NCBI GenBank assembly: GCA_003141835.1
Contig: PLNR01000002.1
Span: 14,026-78,025 of the forward strand
Length of the DNA stretch: 64,000 nucleotides
Direction: 5' to 3'
Source of the DNA: Candidatus Omnitrophota bacterium
GTDB lineage: Bacteria > Omnitrophota > Gorgyraeia > Pluralincolimonadales > Pluralincolimonadaceae
The notes under the pieces are model-generated. The model searched no databases and was not told where the DNA came from. It worked only from the letters and a program-made list of their open reading frames with translations. Below, piece by piece: positions 16,449-25,742 of this stretch. Position 1 is the stretch's first letter, and each line of letters opens with the position of its first letter. The translations under genes were made by a program, and so were the position numbers.

Positions 16449-17272
16449 GCCCTCTTGGCTATCCAGTCGAGGATGTAATCCGTTATCTCATGCCTCTTCG
16501 TCTCGCGCAATAACTCGTGATAGAGGCCGTCGTACAATTTGATCTCTTTGTCCGCGAAAGTAACTTTTTGAAAAAATTCTTTTGCCCCGGAAGGCGCCAC
16601 GACTTTATCGTCCGTGCCTTGCAGCAACAGGAGCGGCACTTTTACCGCCGCCGCGTTCTCGAGGACATACGCCGAGGCCCTTTTCGATTCACTGAAGAGC
16701 CTGAAAGATATCACCCTCTGGGAGTGCTTGTCGTCCTTCGTCTTGCTGATCAGCTCCCTGTCATGCGAGAGGTATTCGAAAGGCACGTGGTTCGGCGTCG
16801 TGATCTTAGGGCACAAAAATGACAATATCTCGGCTATGCCGGTCACTATACCGCTGGGCGGGCTTGCGAAACGCAGCGCCGGCGCGCAGACGGCCGTGCC
16901 TTTTATCATGCCGCCGTACTTTAAGGAAAAAAGCAGCGAGGTCAACCCTCCCATGCTGAGTCCCACGATAAAGGCCTCATCGCATAATGATCCTATCTTG
17001 GCTATCTCGACAAATTGGCGCAGGTCTTCCACGAAATCGTCGAAGGCGTCGACATGGCACCTGGGGCCGTCGGAGTGGCCGTGTCCGCGCTGGTCATGCG
17101 CGAAGAAAGCCATCCCTCTCTTGAAAATATCGTCGCCGAAATGGCTGTATTTTGCAGAATGTTCCCCGAGCCCGTGGACGAGGATCACGGCGGCCTTCGG
17201 TTTTTCCGGGATGAACGCCCTGTAGAATATGTTTTGGGCGTCTTTATTCTTGAACGAACCTTCCGTCTTCAT
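16445..17272 (-). CDS. alpha/beta hydrolase (lysophospholipase / monoacylglycerol-lipase-like)
   Basis: HGLGEHS...GHGHSDG...VGLSMGG nucleophile elbow; the C-terminal histidine region is consistent. Confidence 0.7.
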   Translation of the reverse strand: MKTEGSFKNKDAQNIFYRAFIPEKPKAAVILVHGLGEHSAKYSHFGDDIFKRGMAFFAHDQRGHGHSDGPRCHVDAFDDFVEDLRQFVEIAKIGSLCDEAFIVGLSMGGLTSLLFSLKYGGMIKGTAVCAPALRFASPPSGIVTGIAEILSFLCPKITTPNHVPFEYLSHDRELISKTKDDKHSQRVISFRLFSESKRASAYVLENAAAVKVPLLLLQGTDDKVVAPSGAKEFFQKVTFADKEIKLYDGLYHELLRETKRHEITDYILDWIAKRA

Positions 17273-17281
17273 GGCACCGCC

Positions 17282-19078
17282 TTAAGATTGGTACATCCCG
17301 TCGAAAATGCTCTTGTACTTCTCCGCGACGACCTTACGCTTGACCTTCAACGTCGGCGTTATCTCGCCGCCCTCTATCGTCAGCTTATTTTCCAGCAGGG
17401 TGAACTTCTTGATCTTCTCGTAACTGGACAGGTCCTTCTGCCTTTGCTCTATCCTCTCAGTGATGAATTCCAGCACGCGCGGATGCCTGACCAGCTCCTC
17501 GGGCTTTATATACGGTATGCCCTGCCTCATCGCCAGGCCTTTAAGCGCGTCGAAGTTCGGGACTATGAGGGCTGTCAGGTAAGGCCTCCTGTCGCCGTGC
17601 AGGATGACTTCGAGTATATAGGAATCGGCCTTGATAAGGTTCTCTATGTTCTGCGGCGCGATATTCTTGCCGCCGGCGGTTATTATGATATCCTTCTTGC
17701 GGTCGGTAATATAGAGGAACCCTTCCTCGTCGAGATAACCGATATCCCCGGTGCGGAACCGCCCGTCGGCGTCAAAGGCCTCTTTTGTCGCGTCCTCTTT
17801 TCTGTAATATTCCTTCATCACGCCGGGGCCGCTGACAAGTATCTCCCCATCCGGGGCTATCACGACCTCTGTATTATGGATGGGCTTGCCTACCGAACCG
17901 AACTTGAACGCCTTAAAAGTATTGACGGTGACGACCGGTGAGGTCTCGGTCAGGCCGTATCCCTCGAATATGAGTATGCCGACGGAATAGAAAAATTCCC
18001 CGAGTTCTTTCGAAAGCGGCGCGCCGCCGGATATGAAAAATTTTATCCTGCCTCCGACAGCGTTCCTGAGTTTCGATAAGATGAAGGCCTTCATCAATTG
18101 GTACCTGAGCCAGATGACCGGCCCGACGTCGAGCTTGTTCAGCCTGGCATCGGCATATCTTTTTGCCAGCGTGACGGACCTTTCCAGGATCTTTTTCTTG
18201 ATTTCGGAGCTGTGCGCTATCGAATCCGTTATTGTCTCCTGCATCTTTTCGTAAAACCGCGGTACGGCGCAGGCGTAAGTCGGCCTTATCTCCTTGAGGT
18301 CCTGCGCCACGGATTCGATGCTGTCCGCATAGGCGATCGTCCCGCCGATAAACATCGTAAAATAATAACTGGCCATCCTCTCGAAGACGTGCGAAAGCGG
18401 AAGGAACGAGAGGCATGTGTCGTCTTCCCCGAGAGGCAGCAGGTCGACCGAAGACCTGCAGTTAGAAAGGAAATTGTCGTGCGTCAGGCATACGCCCTTC
18501 GCAGGGCCGGTCGTGCCTGACGTGTAGATTATCGAGGCTAGATCATCCTTGCCCGCGGAATTGAGCCGCGATTCGAATTCGGCCCTTGTCTCCGCGGCTT
18601 TATCCGCTCCGGTTTTCAGGACAGATTCGAATGAAATGACATCGGCGCCTTTTATCTTCCCGGGCGGGTCCATGATTATTATCTTCCTTAACGCCGGAAG
18701 TTTCGGTTTTATCGAGATTATTTTGTCCAGCTGCTCCTGCGTCGAGACTATCACCATCGCGGAACCGGAATCCTGGAGGATATATTCCATCTGGTGCGGG
18801 ACGTCGGTGGGATAAAGCGGGACATCGGCGCATCCTAAGGAAAGGACGGCGAGGTCTGAATAGGCCCATTCAGGGCGGTTCTCCGAAAGCAGGCCGACCC
18901 TCTCTCCCGGCTTAAGCCCGAGCGATATAAGCCCGGAAGCGAGGTCTTTTACCCTGCCTTCGGCCTCGGCCCAGCTTATGTCGCGATATTTTCCTCCGGA
19001 CTTAGCCCTGAGGGCGCACTTTCCGCCGTACTTGTTCGCCCTTGAGAAAAACATTAAAGGAACAGTCTCTTCGCGCAT
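17282..19078 (-). CDS. long-chain fatty-acid--CoA ligase (AMP-binding enzyme)
   Basis: YTSGTTGPAKGV AMP-binding motif. About 600 aa, with ...GYGLTETSP... and a C-terminal GEITPTLKVKR. Confidence 0.85.
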   Translation of the reverse strand: MREETVPLMFFSRANKYGGKCALRAKSGGKYRDISWAEAEGRVKDLASGLISLGLKPGERVGLLSENRPEWAYSDLAVLSLGCADVPLYPTDVPHQMEYILQDSGSAMVIVSTQEQLDKIISIKPKLPALRKIIIMDPPGKIKGADVISFESVLKTGADKAAETRAEFESRLNSAGKDDLASIIYTSGTTGPAKGVCLTHDNFLSNCRSSVDLLPLGEDDTCLSFLPLSHVFERMASYYFTMFIGGTIAYADSIESVAQDLKEIRPTYACAVPRFYEKMQETITDSIAHSSEIKKKILERSVTLAKRYADARLNKLDVGPVIWLRYQLMKAFILSKLRNAVGGRIKFFISGGAPLSKELGEFFYSVGILIFEGYGLTETSPVVTVNTFKAFKFGSVGKPIHNTEVVIAPDGEILVSGPGVMKEYYRKEDATKEAFDADGRFRTGDIGYLDEEGFLYITDRKKDIIITAGGKNIAPQNIENLIKADSYILEVILHGDRRPYLTALIVPNFDALKGLAMRQGIPYIKPEELVRHPRVLEFITERIEQRQKDLSSYEKIKKFTLLENKLTIEGGEITPTLKVKRKVVAEKYKSIFDGMYQS

Positions 19079-19090
19079 TAAAATATCTTT

Positions 19091-20401
19091 CTAGAACATC
19101 ACTTTGCGCGCGCGATTCATCCCGATAGCCAGCTTGAGGAGATTCACCCTCTTGAGGCCCTTCCCTATCACAGCCATCCTCGACTTGCCTTTCGGCGTCT
19201 CGGATACGGTGAAGAAGTCCTCGGCCAGTTCCACCAGCAGCTCCGGATATTCCTTGAAAAATTCGGGATGCTTCGTCGCGAAATTTGAAATGCCCTTGTA
19301 ACGCTTCAGGTCCTTGAATACGAAAGAATTTTCCAGGCGCTCGCGGTATCCCGCAAGCCCTTTCTCGGAGAAATCGTTATTCTTCTTCGCATCTATTATC
19401 GCCTCGGCCGCGTACAGGCCCGACGCCATCGCCAGGTTGGAACCCTCATGGAACATCGGGTTCATGTTGACGAAACCGGCCGCGTCGCCGGCGATCAAAA
19501 GCCCGTCCATCGTGAGCTTCGGGAGATGGTCGTAACCGAACTCCGGTATCAAATGCGCCGCATATTCCAGGAGCTTGCCGCCTTTTACCAGGCGCCTTAT
19601 CGACGGGTGTTCCTTGAAATTCTCGATGAGGTCGTTCGGCGTCAATTTGTTGTATTTGAGGTCCCTGGTCGAGACGCCGATGCCGACGGAGAGCGTATCC
19701 TTATTGGTATAGATAAAGGCTGAGCCGACCATCCCCTTTACCGAGCCCCCGAAATATTCCAGCGAGACGCCTTCTTCGCCTTCGAGGTTGAACCTCTCCT
19801 CGATGACTTCCTTCGGCAGCGAGATCACTTCCTTGCAGCAGGTGACCATATGCTCCGGGACGTGCCTTTCCCTTAATCCAAGCCTTTCGGACAGGAGCGA
19901 ACCGACCCCTTCCGCTATGACGATAGTGTCCGCGAAGAGGTCCCCGTCCTCGAGGCGCGTCTTTACCCCGACCGCCTTTTTGCCTTCGGTGATCACCTTA
20001 TCCACGACAGCCTGGTTCAATACCATTACGCCCGCTTCTTCCGCCTTCTTGGCGTACCAGGCGTCGAATTTCCCGCGCAGGACCGTGAAAGTGTTATTGA
20101 ACGGCGGTTTATTGAAACCTTCGAACCTCATGCCCATCTGCAATTCCGAATCGGCGGACAATACGGAAAATACTTTTTTCACGACGCGCCGTTCCACAGG
20201 CGCCTCTTCCCAGAAATTCGGTATGACCTTATTGAGTATCGTCGAATATAATATCCCGCCCATCACGTTCTTCGAGCCGGGCGCTTCCCCGCGCTCGAGC
20301 AATACGACGCTCAGGCCCGCCTTCGCCAGCGTATACGCGCACGTCGTCCCTGCCGGGCCGGCGCCCACTACAATACAATCGAACTTCTCGCCGCTTGCCA
20401 T
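19091..20401 (-). CDS. fixC: FixC-family FAD-dependent oxidoreductase (ETF-quinone oxidoreductase-like)
   Basis: FDCIVVGAGPAGTTCAYTLAKAG...SKNVMGG...VLRGKFDAW...IAGDAAGFVNM. Strong overall resemblance to FixC. Confidence 0.75.
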   Translation of the reverse strand: MASGEKFDCIVVGAGPAGTTCAYTLAKAGLSVVLLERGEAPGSKNVMGGILYSTILNKVIPNFWEEAPVERRVVKKVFSVLSADSELQMGMRFEGFNKPPFNNTFTVLRGKFDAWYAKKAEEAGVMVLNQAVVDKVITEGKKAVGVKTRLEDGDLFADTIVIAEGVGSLLSERLGLRERHVPEHMVTCCKEVISLPKEVIEERFNLEGEEGVSLEYFGGSVKGMVGSAFIYTNKDTLSVGIGVSTRDLKYNKLTPNDLIENFKEHPSIRRLVKGGKLLEYAAHLIPEFGYDHLPKLTMDGLLIAGDAAGFVNMNPMFHEGSNLAMASGLYAAEAIIDAKKNNDFSEKGLAGYRERLENSFVFKDLKRYKGISNFATKHPEFFKEYPELLVELAEDFFTVSETPKGKSRMAVIGKGLKRVNLLKLAIGMNRARKVMF

Positions 20402-20425
20402 CAGTTCATCTCCTTGTCCGGATCA

Positions 20426-22531
20426 TTATTCCTCTATCAATGCCTTTATCTGCGGGAGCATCCTCTCGGTTTCCTGCTCCCCGCGCCTTATCAGCGCCTC
20501 TACCTTATACAATTCGAACCACGCCGCGTTCGGCAGGACCGGGTGTATGACGCAATCCGCGTCCTTGGACGAGGCCTCGGCGAATACATACTGCATCGCC
20601 AGCGAGGTGCTCATTATCACGTCGAATACGTTAGGCGCGAATGTCCGGCGGGCCCATCTGCGGAATTTATAGGCGAGCCGCGAAAATACCGTGCGCTGCG
20701 ACAGCCTTATCTCTTCGCTCCTTCGCATCTCCTCGAATTCCTTGAAAGCCTTCATCATCTCTTCCTGGCTGGGCAGGCAATTTACGGCTATTATCTTCTT
20801 TGCGCCGTATTTCGCCAGGACGTCTATCGGGACAGGGTCGAGGGTGCCGCCGTCTATGAGGAAGTCATCCCCGTATCTTACGGGTTTTATAAATGCCGGG
20901 ATAGAACATGAAGCCCTGAGCGCGTCGACAAGGCTGCCCTCCTCAAGAATTATGTTCTCGCGGGAACGGAGCGTATTCGCGACGATCTTTAGCGGTATAT
21001 GCGTATCGTGGAATGTTTTCCTGCCGAGGTATTCGCGGAAAAACCTCTTGAAGTTATTACCGTTCATGAAGCCGCGCAGCGGCAGGAGCGAGAAATCCGC
21101 CAGCGAAAAGACCACGTCTTTCCTCTTGAACCTTAGCGCTATCTTTTCGAGCTCCTCGGCCTCTATTCCGGTCACCCAGAAAGCGGCGACGACAGCGCCG
21201 ATCGACGTGCCGGCGATAAAATCTATCGGAATCTTCTCCCTCTCAAGGACCTTCAGCACGCCGATATGCACCAGCCCGAGGGCCGCTCCTGAGCCGAGCG
21301 CGAGGCCGACGAGGATCTTCCCGATCTCGCGGGCGATCCTCCTTACCGACCTCGAATAGAGGCTCTCCGGTACGGCCAATACCGGCGGCAATCCCGCGGA
21401 CATCATCCCGGCCAATAACCCCAGGTCCGGCAGGACCGCGTAAGCCTTGTGGCCCAGCAATTTGACCTCTTCTTCGAAAGTATCGGTCTGCACGAATTCG
21501 TTTATTATCGCCTTGACCGTGTTGTCGGGATCCGGCACCACTTTTTTGAGTTCGTTGATCAGTTTACCGGTGGCTTTCAGGTTATGCGCATTGCAGTCGC
21601 TGACGACATGTATGAGGTCGGACTGCGCGAGAAGCGAATAGGTCGGTTTGTCTATCTCCGGCGGCATGTCGACAACGATATAATTGAACTCCGACGCCAG
21701 GGAACTCAGGAATGAGATGATGTGCGCGGGTTCGATCTTGCTGTGGTCGTCGCAGCCCAGGTTAAGCAGGTATATGCCCCCGGCTTCGTATTTCGTTATG
21801 AGGGGCTTGGCCTCTTCGTAATTCATGCTGTGGCGCTTCAGGTCGATGCATTTGAGCTCTCCCATCTGCAGCATCGCGGAACATTCGTTCCCTGAGTGGC
21901 TCATATCGAGGAGTATGACCTTCTTGCGCGTCTCGTAGGAGAGCGCTATCGCAAGGTTGACCGCGTACATCGTCCGCCCGGATTTCTTGGCGAGCCCGAA
22001 GACGGATATTATCGAGGACTCGAAGATCGTCCTCTGTTTCGACTGTTCCTTCTGCAGGCGGCGCGAGAGGGCCTCGGTGAGCTTCAAGGCAAGCTGCGGC
22101 ACTTCCTTGAGCAGGCTATCGAAATTCTTTTTGTCTATGCGGAGGATAAGCGAATCGTTTATTATGCGGACAGATGCGGAATGCGGCTCGTTGGTAAGAA
22201 GCGAGATTATGCCTACGTAATCGCCGCGGTGCAGGTGGACAAGCGTCTTCTCTTCCCCGGACGGCGTCCTGACGAATACCTTCGCCCTGCCGGTTATCAT
22301 GCAATAAAAAGAATCTCCCTTCGCGCCTTCGCGGTAGAGGATATGGTTCTTCCTATATTCGGCCACGTAGGAATTATCCTCTATCAGCTTTTGGGCCGCG
22401 CCGGGGAGGCCCGAGAAGATAGGTATCCTTCTTATTATAGACGCTTTATCGATGCTTGGGTTGGCAGGGTTCATCCCTTGTATTATATAGACTTGGGATG
22501 AAAAAGTCAAAAAAAACGCCAACGGCTCCAA
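20426..22531 (-). CDS. tri-domain protein: cyclic-nucleotide-binding domain + ParA/MinD-like domain with degenerate Walker A + patatin-like phospholipase
   Basis: cNMP-binding beta-barrel (GDSFYCMITGRAKV...GDYVGIISLL). Middle domain VFGLAKKSGRTMYAVNLAIAL in place of KGGVGKT. C-terminus has GLALGSGAALGLVHIGVL (Gly-rich), GTSIGA (GxSxG) and DGG. The true start is probably MNPANPSID (~22474). Confidence 0.7.
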   Translation of the reverse strand: MEPLAFFLTFSSQVYIIQGMNPANPSIDKASIIRRIPIFSGLPGAAQKLIEDNSYVAEYRKNHILYREGAKGDSFYCMITGRAKVFVRTPSGEEKTLVHLHRGDYVGIISLLTNEPHSASVRIINDSLILRIDKKNFDSLLKEVPQLALKLTEALSRRLQKEQSKQRTIFESSIISVFGLAKKSGRTMYAVNLAIALSYETRKKVILLDMSHSGNECSAMLQMGELKCIDLKRHSMNYEEAKPLITKYEAGGIYLLNLGCDDHSKIEPAHIISFLSSLASEFNYIVVDMPPEIDKPTYSLLAQSDLIHVVSDCNAHNLKATGKLINELKKVVPDPDNTVKAIINEFVQTDTFEEEVKLLGHKAYAVLPDLGLLAGMMSAGLPPVLAVPESLYSRSVRRIAREIGKILVGLALGSGAALGLVHIGVLKVLEREKIPIDFIAGTSIGAVVAAFWVTGIEAEELEKIALRFKRKDVVFSLADFSLLPLRGFMNGNNFKRFFREYLGRKTFHDTHIPLKIVANTLRSRENIILEEGSLVDALRASCSIPAFIKPVRYGDDFLIDGGTLDPVPIDVLAKYGAKKIIAVNCLPSQEEMMKAFKEFEEMRRSEEIRLSQRTVFSRLAYKFRRWARRTFAPNVFDVIMSTSLAMQYVFAEASSKDADCVIHPVLPNAAWFELYKVEALIRRGEQETERMLPQIKALIEE

Positions 22532-22864
22532 ACCATTTCACTGCTGCTTGCTGCGGTGCTGCCGCTTGTTTCTCGGATCCAACTAGCCGTTGGCAATCAT
22601 TATCAGTTGACCGATAAGGGGGCAACCTACGCCTTTGACCTTTTCTCCAGTTTCGGCAACCTGTCGGCCTTGTCCCATGACCTCGGGATTTAGGCTTGAG
22701 GTTTTGCGTCCCGCCCTTTCGGTGCCGACTGATGCGGCATCAGTGTGCTTTGGCTTATTCACACTGAGCGGCTTTGCCCTCTTCGGTCGATTGAAGTATG
22801 CCATATTCCGGGTAAAATACAAGGGGCAAAATTACGCATGGATAGCGCCGATGCGCTACCATTG

Positions 22865-23761
22865 TTACGCATAGCCGAGCATTTTCAGCGCATTCGGGTC
22901 CTTGCGCCAGTTCTCATGGACCTTGACCCACAGCTCGATGTAGGCGTGGCGGTTCAGGAATTTCTGGATGTCCCTTCTCGCGGATTCGCCGATGGATTTC
23001 AGCATCTGGCCCCTATGGCCGACCAGTATCTTCTTCTGCGAATGGCGCTCGACGTATATCACCGCCCTTATATAGACAAGTTTCTTCGGGCGGTCGGTAA
23101 ATTCCTCTATAAGCACAGCCAGGGAATGCGGCACCTCCTCATGCGTCAGCTCGAGGGCCTTCTCGCGGATCATTTCTGCGACCATGAACTTTTCGGTCTT
23201 GTCGGTAAATTGGCTGTCGGGGAAATGCTTCGGCCCTTCGGGAAGGTACTCGATGACCTTCTTAAGCAGGGCGTCCATGTTGTCGCCGTTTGACGCGGAC
23301 GTCGGTATTATATCCCTGAAAGCGTAGAGCCTGGCCCCCTCTTCGATAAGCGGCAGGGCGAGCGACTTGCTCCTTAGGTCTATCTTGTTTATCAATAATA
23401 TGGCCGGCTTGTTCGCGGCCTTCACCAGGTTGAATATCAGCATGTCTTCGTGGGTTATGCCTTTTGTCACGTCCAGGACGAACACGATAAGGTCCACTTC
23501 AAGCAGGACGTCCTTCGCGACCTGGGTTATCTGTTTCCCGAGCAGGTTCTTGGGCTTATGTATCCCGGGCGTGTCGACGAATACCACCTGGGCGTCGTCG
23601 CGCGTCAGGATGCCCTGGATCTTGTTGCGGGTGGTCTCGGGTTTTTGCGTCACGATGGCGACCTTCTCGCCGACAAGGCGGTTGAGGACCGTCGACTTGC
23701 CGACGTTCGGCCTGCCTATTATCGCCACAAACCCGGATTTGAATGTTTTTTTATCCGCCAT
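22865..23761 (-). CDS. era: GTPase Era
   Basis: GFVAIIGRPNVGKSTVLN (G1), DTPG (G3), NKID (G4), and a C-terminal KH domain. Confidence 0.9.
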   Translation of the reverse strand: MADKKTFKSGFVAIIGRPNVGKSTVLNRLVGEKVAIVTQKPETTRNKIQGILTRDDAQVVFVDTPGIHKPKNLLGKQITQVAKDVLLEVDLIVFVLDVTKGITHEDMLIFNLVKAANKPAILLINKIDLRSKSLALPLIEEGARLYAFRDIIPTSASNGDNMDALLKKVIEYLPEGPKHFPDSQFTDKTEKFMVAEMIREKALELTHEEVPHSLAVLIEEFTDRPKKLVYIRAVIYVERHSQKKILVGHRGQMLKSIGESARRDIQKFLNRHAYIELWVKVHENWRKDPNALKMLGYA

Positions 23762-23762
23762 A

Positions 23763-24932
23763 TCAGTAGAGGCTGCCTTTATTTAATTCGCTGAGCCAGC
23801 GTTTTTCGAATTCTTTCATGGATACGTTAAATTTCCTTTTCATGACCTGCTCGAACGTTTCCCCCTCGCCGATGTCTTTCAGTATCTCGCGGATAGTGTA
23901 TTTGTTATACCTCTTCATCATGTAAGCCCCGATGGTATACGACTCCTCGCACGCGAGCCAGTATTGGTTCTGGCCGCCGGACGACTGCAGCACCGGATCG
24001 ATGCCGTCGAGCGGTATCAATCGGTTCTTATTTACCGCGGCCTTCAGCAAACCCATATTCTTCTTCATATACCTGAATCCTTCGTAATATGCAAGACCTT
24101 CGTTCAGCCATGCCGGCGCCCTCCCCTTCGAAAGGTCCTCCACCAGCAGGTGCGTATATTCATGCCAGACGATCCCGCGTATATGGTCAGGCGTGTAATC
24201 CGCGCCTATGAGCGGAAGCCGTATCTTGCCGTCGTATACCCCCTGCGTCCCGGCCGGCCATTTGTCCAGCGAGTCGAACTGCTCCCTGTTGGATATCAGC
24301 ACGACCATCTTGTAATCCGGGCGGCAATCGAAATCCTGCCCGAGCAGCCTGTAGGCTTCCTGCAGGTAATACCTTACATTATAGCTTAACCTCGCCCCCT
24401 CGTGCGCGTATTTTATCTCGAACCGGTCCATCCCCGTCGAGCCGTAATCATCCTCGAACTTCGCTTCCTTGTTCAGTTTCGCTATTTTTCCCTCGATGTC
24501 CTTTTTATATTCATAATCCGGGGCTACCGCCAGCACTTTTTCCCAAAGCGATTTCGCTTCAGCCATCTTTTGCGACAGGTATTTAATATCGCCCAGCAGG
24601 ACGAGCGAATTCAGGTTATCCGGATCGAGCTTAAGCGCCGCCTCGAAATACCCCTCCGCGCCGGAAAGGTCTTTCTTGTTGTAACTTATCTCGCCCTGTT
24701 TAGCATAAGCGGCGGCAAGATTCTTCTTGATCACCTTATCCGAGGGGTTAAGGTTATAAGCCTCTTCGAGGTAGGATATCGAGGCTGCCATCGCGCTGTC
24801 ATTATAGGCCTTGACGCCCATCTCGTTATACATCGCGGCACCCGTGGGGTCGTTCCTCGCGCTGCAATGCGCCGGCGCCGCCGCGGTGATGACTAAAATG
24901 GCCACAAAAATTTTGAGGATCTTCGATTTCAT
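23763..24932 (-). CDS. secreted TPR-repeat protein with C-terminal peptidase-MA-like domain (HEYTH ... NEGLA)
   Basis: Signal peptide MKSKILKIFVAILVITAAAPA. TPR-like repeats (AYNLNP, ALKLDPDN, VLAVAPD). HExxH plus a downstream NEGLAYYEG. Confidence 0.6.
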   Translation of the reverse strand: MKSKILKIFVAILVITAAAPAHCSARNDPTGAAMYNEMGVKAYNDSAMAASISYLEEAYNLNPSDKVIKKNLAAAYAKQGEISYNKKDLSGAEGYFEAALKLDPDNLNSLVLLGDIKYLSQKMAEAKSLWEKVLAVAPDYEYKKDIEGKIAKLNKEAKFEDDYGSTGMDRFEIKYAHEGARLSYNVRYYLQEAYRLLGQDFDCRPDYKMVVLISNREQFDSLDKWPAGTQGVYDGKIRLPLIGADYTPDHIRGIVWHEYTHLLVEDLSKGRAPAWLNEGLAYYEGFRYMKKNMGLLKAAVNKNRLIPLDGIDPVLQSSGGQNQYWLACEESYTIGAYMMKRYNKYTIREILKDIGEGETFEQVMKRKFNVSMKEFEKRWLSELNKGSLY

Positions 24933-24971
24933 GTTATAATCAGTATACCTTAACCGGAAACGCATGTCCAT

Positions 24972-25742
24972 ATGAGCATAAAATCATTCGAAAAACTTGT
25001 CGGGATAATGGCGCGCCTGCGCGCAAAGGACGGCTGTCCGTGGGACAAAGCACAGACGCACGCCTCTTTGAAAAAACACATCATCGAGGAGGCTTACGAG
25101 CTTTGCGACGCGATAGATTCCAGGGACCCTGAAAAATTAAAGGACGAGCTCGGGGATTTCCTCTTCCAGGTCATCTTCCAGGCCCAGATCGCGAAAGAAC
25201 GCGGAGCCTTCGACATCGACGATGTCCTGCGTACGTCTGCGAAAAAGATGCTCAACCGCCATCCTCACGTCTTCGGGAAACACAGGGCCAAGGACGAGGA
25301 CGACGCATATAAGCACTGGCAGTCGCGCAAAGAACGGGAAAAGTCCTATAAGGACAGGAAGAGCATCTTAGACGGCGTCCCGAAAACCCTTCCGGCTCTG
25401 ATAAAAGCCCAGAAGGTCTCTAAGCGGGCGGCCCACCGGGGATTTGACTGGCCGGACGTGAAATTCGTCGTAGATAAGGTCCACGAAGAGCTTGAAGAAG
25501 TGAAAGCGGAGATAAAAAGCGGCAACAAGCGCCGCCTCGCCGAGGAGATCGGCGATCTTTTGTTCGTTATCGTGATACTCTCCCGCTTCGGCGGCATCGA
25601 CGCCGAGGAATCTCTCCATAACGCCACCAAAAAATTCGCCAAGCGGTTCGGGAATATGGAGCGCGCGTTAAAAAAGCGGAATAAAAAATTTACTGAATGC
25701 ACTTTCGAAGAACTATACAGGTTGTGGCGGAAAAACCGTTAA
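24972..25742 (+). CDS. mazG: nucleoside triphosphate pyrophosphohydrolase MazG
   Basis: RLRAKDGCPWDKAQTHASLKKHIIEEAYEL...ELGDFLFQV and a duplicated EEIGDLLFVIV motif. Confidence 0.85.
   Translation: MSIKSFEKLVGIMARLRAKDGCPWDKAQTHASLKKHIIEEAYELCDAIDSRDPEKLKDELGDFLFQVIFQAQIAKERGAFDIDDVLRTSAKKMLNRHPHVFGKHRAKDEDDAYKHWQSRKEREKSYKDRKSILDGVPKTLPALIKAQKVSKRAAHRGFDWPDVKFVVDKVHEELEEVKAEIKSGNKRRLAEEIGDLLFVIVILSRFGGIDAEESLHNATKKFAKRFGNMERALKKRNKKFTECTFEELYRLWRKNR

Noticed and set aside
20426-22531. Pycsar/CBASS-like effector interpretation of the cNMP-binding-patatin protein.
   Set aside because: No nucleotide cyclase (PycC/CD-NTase) or other defence gene is adjacent. Neighbours are fixC and era. Kept only as an architectural analogy.
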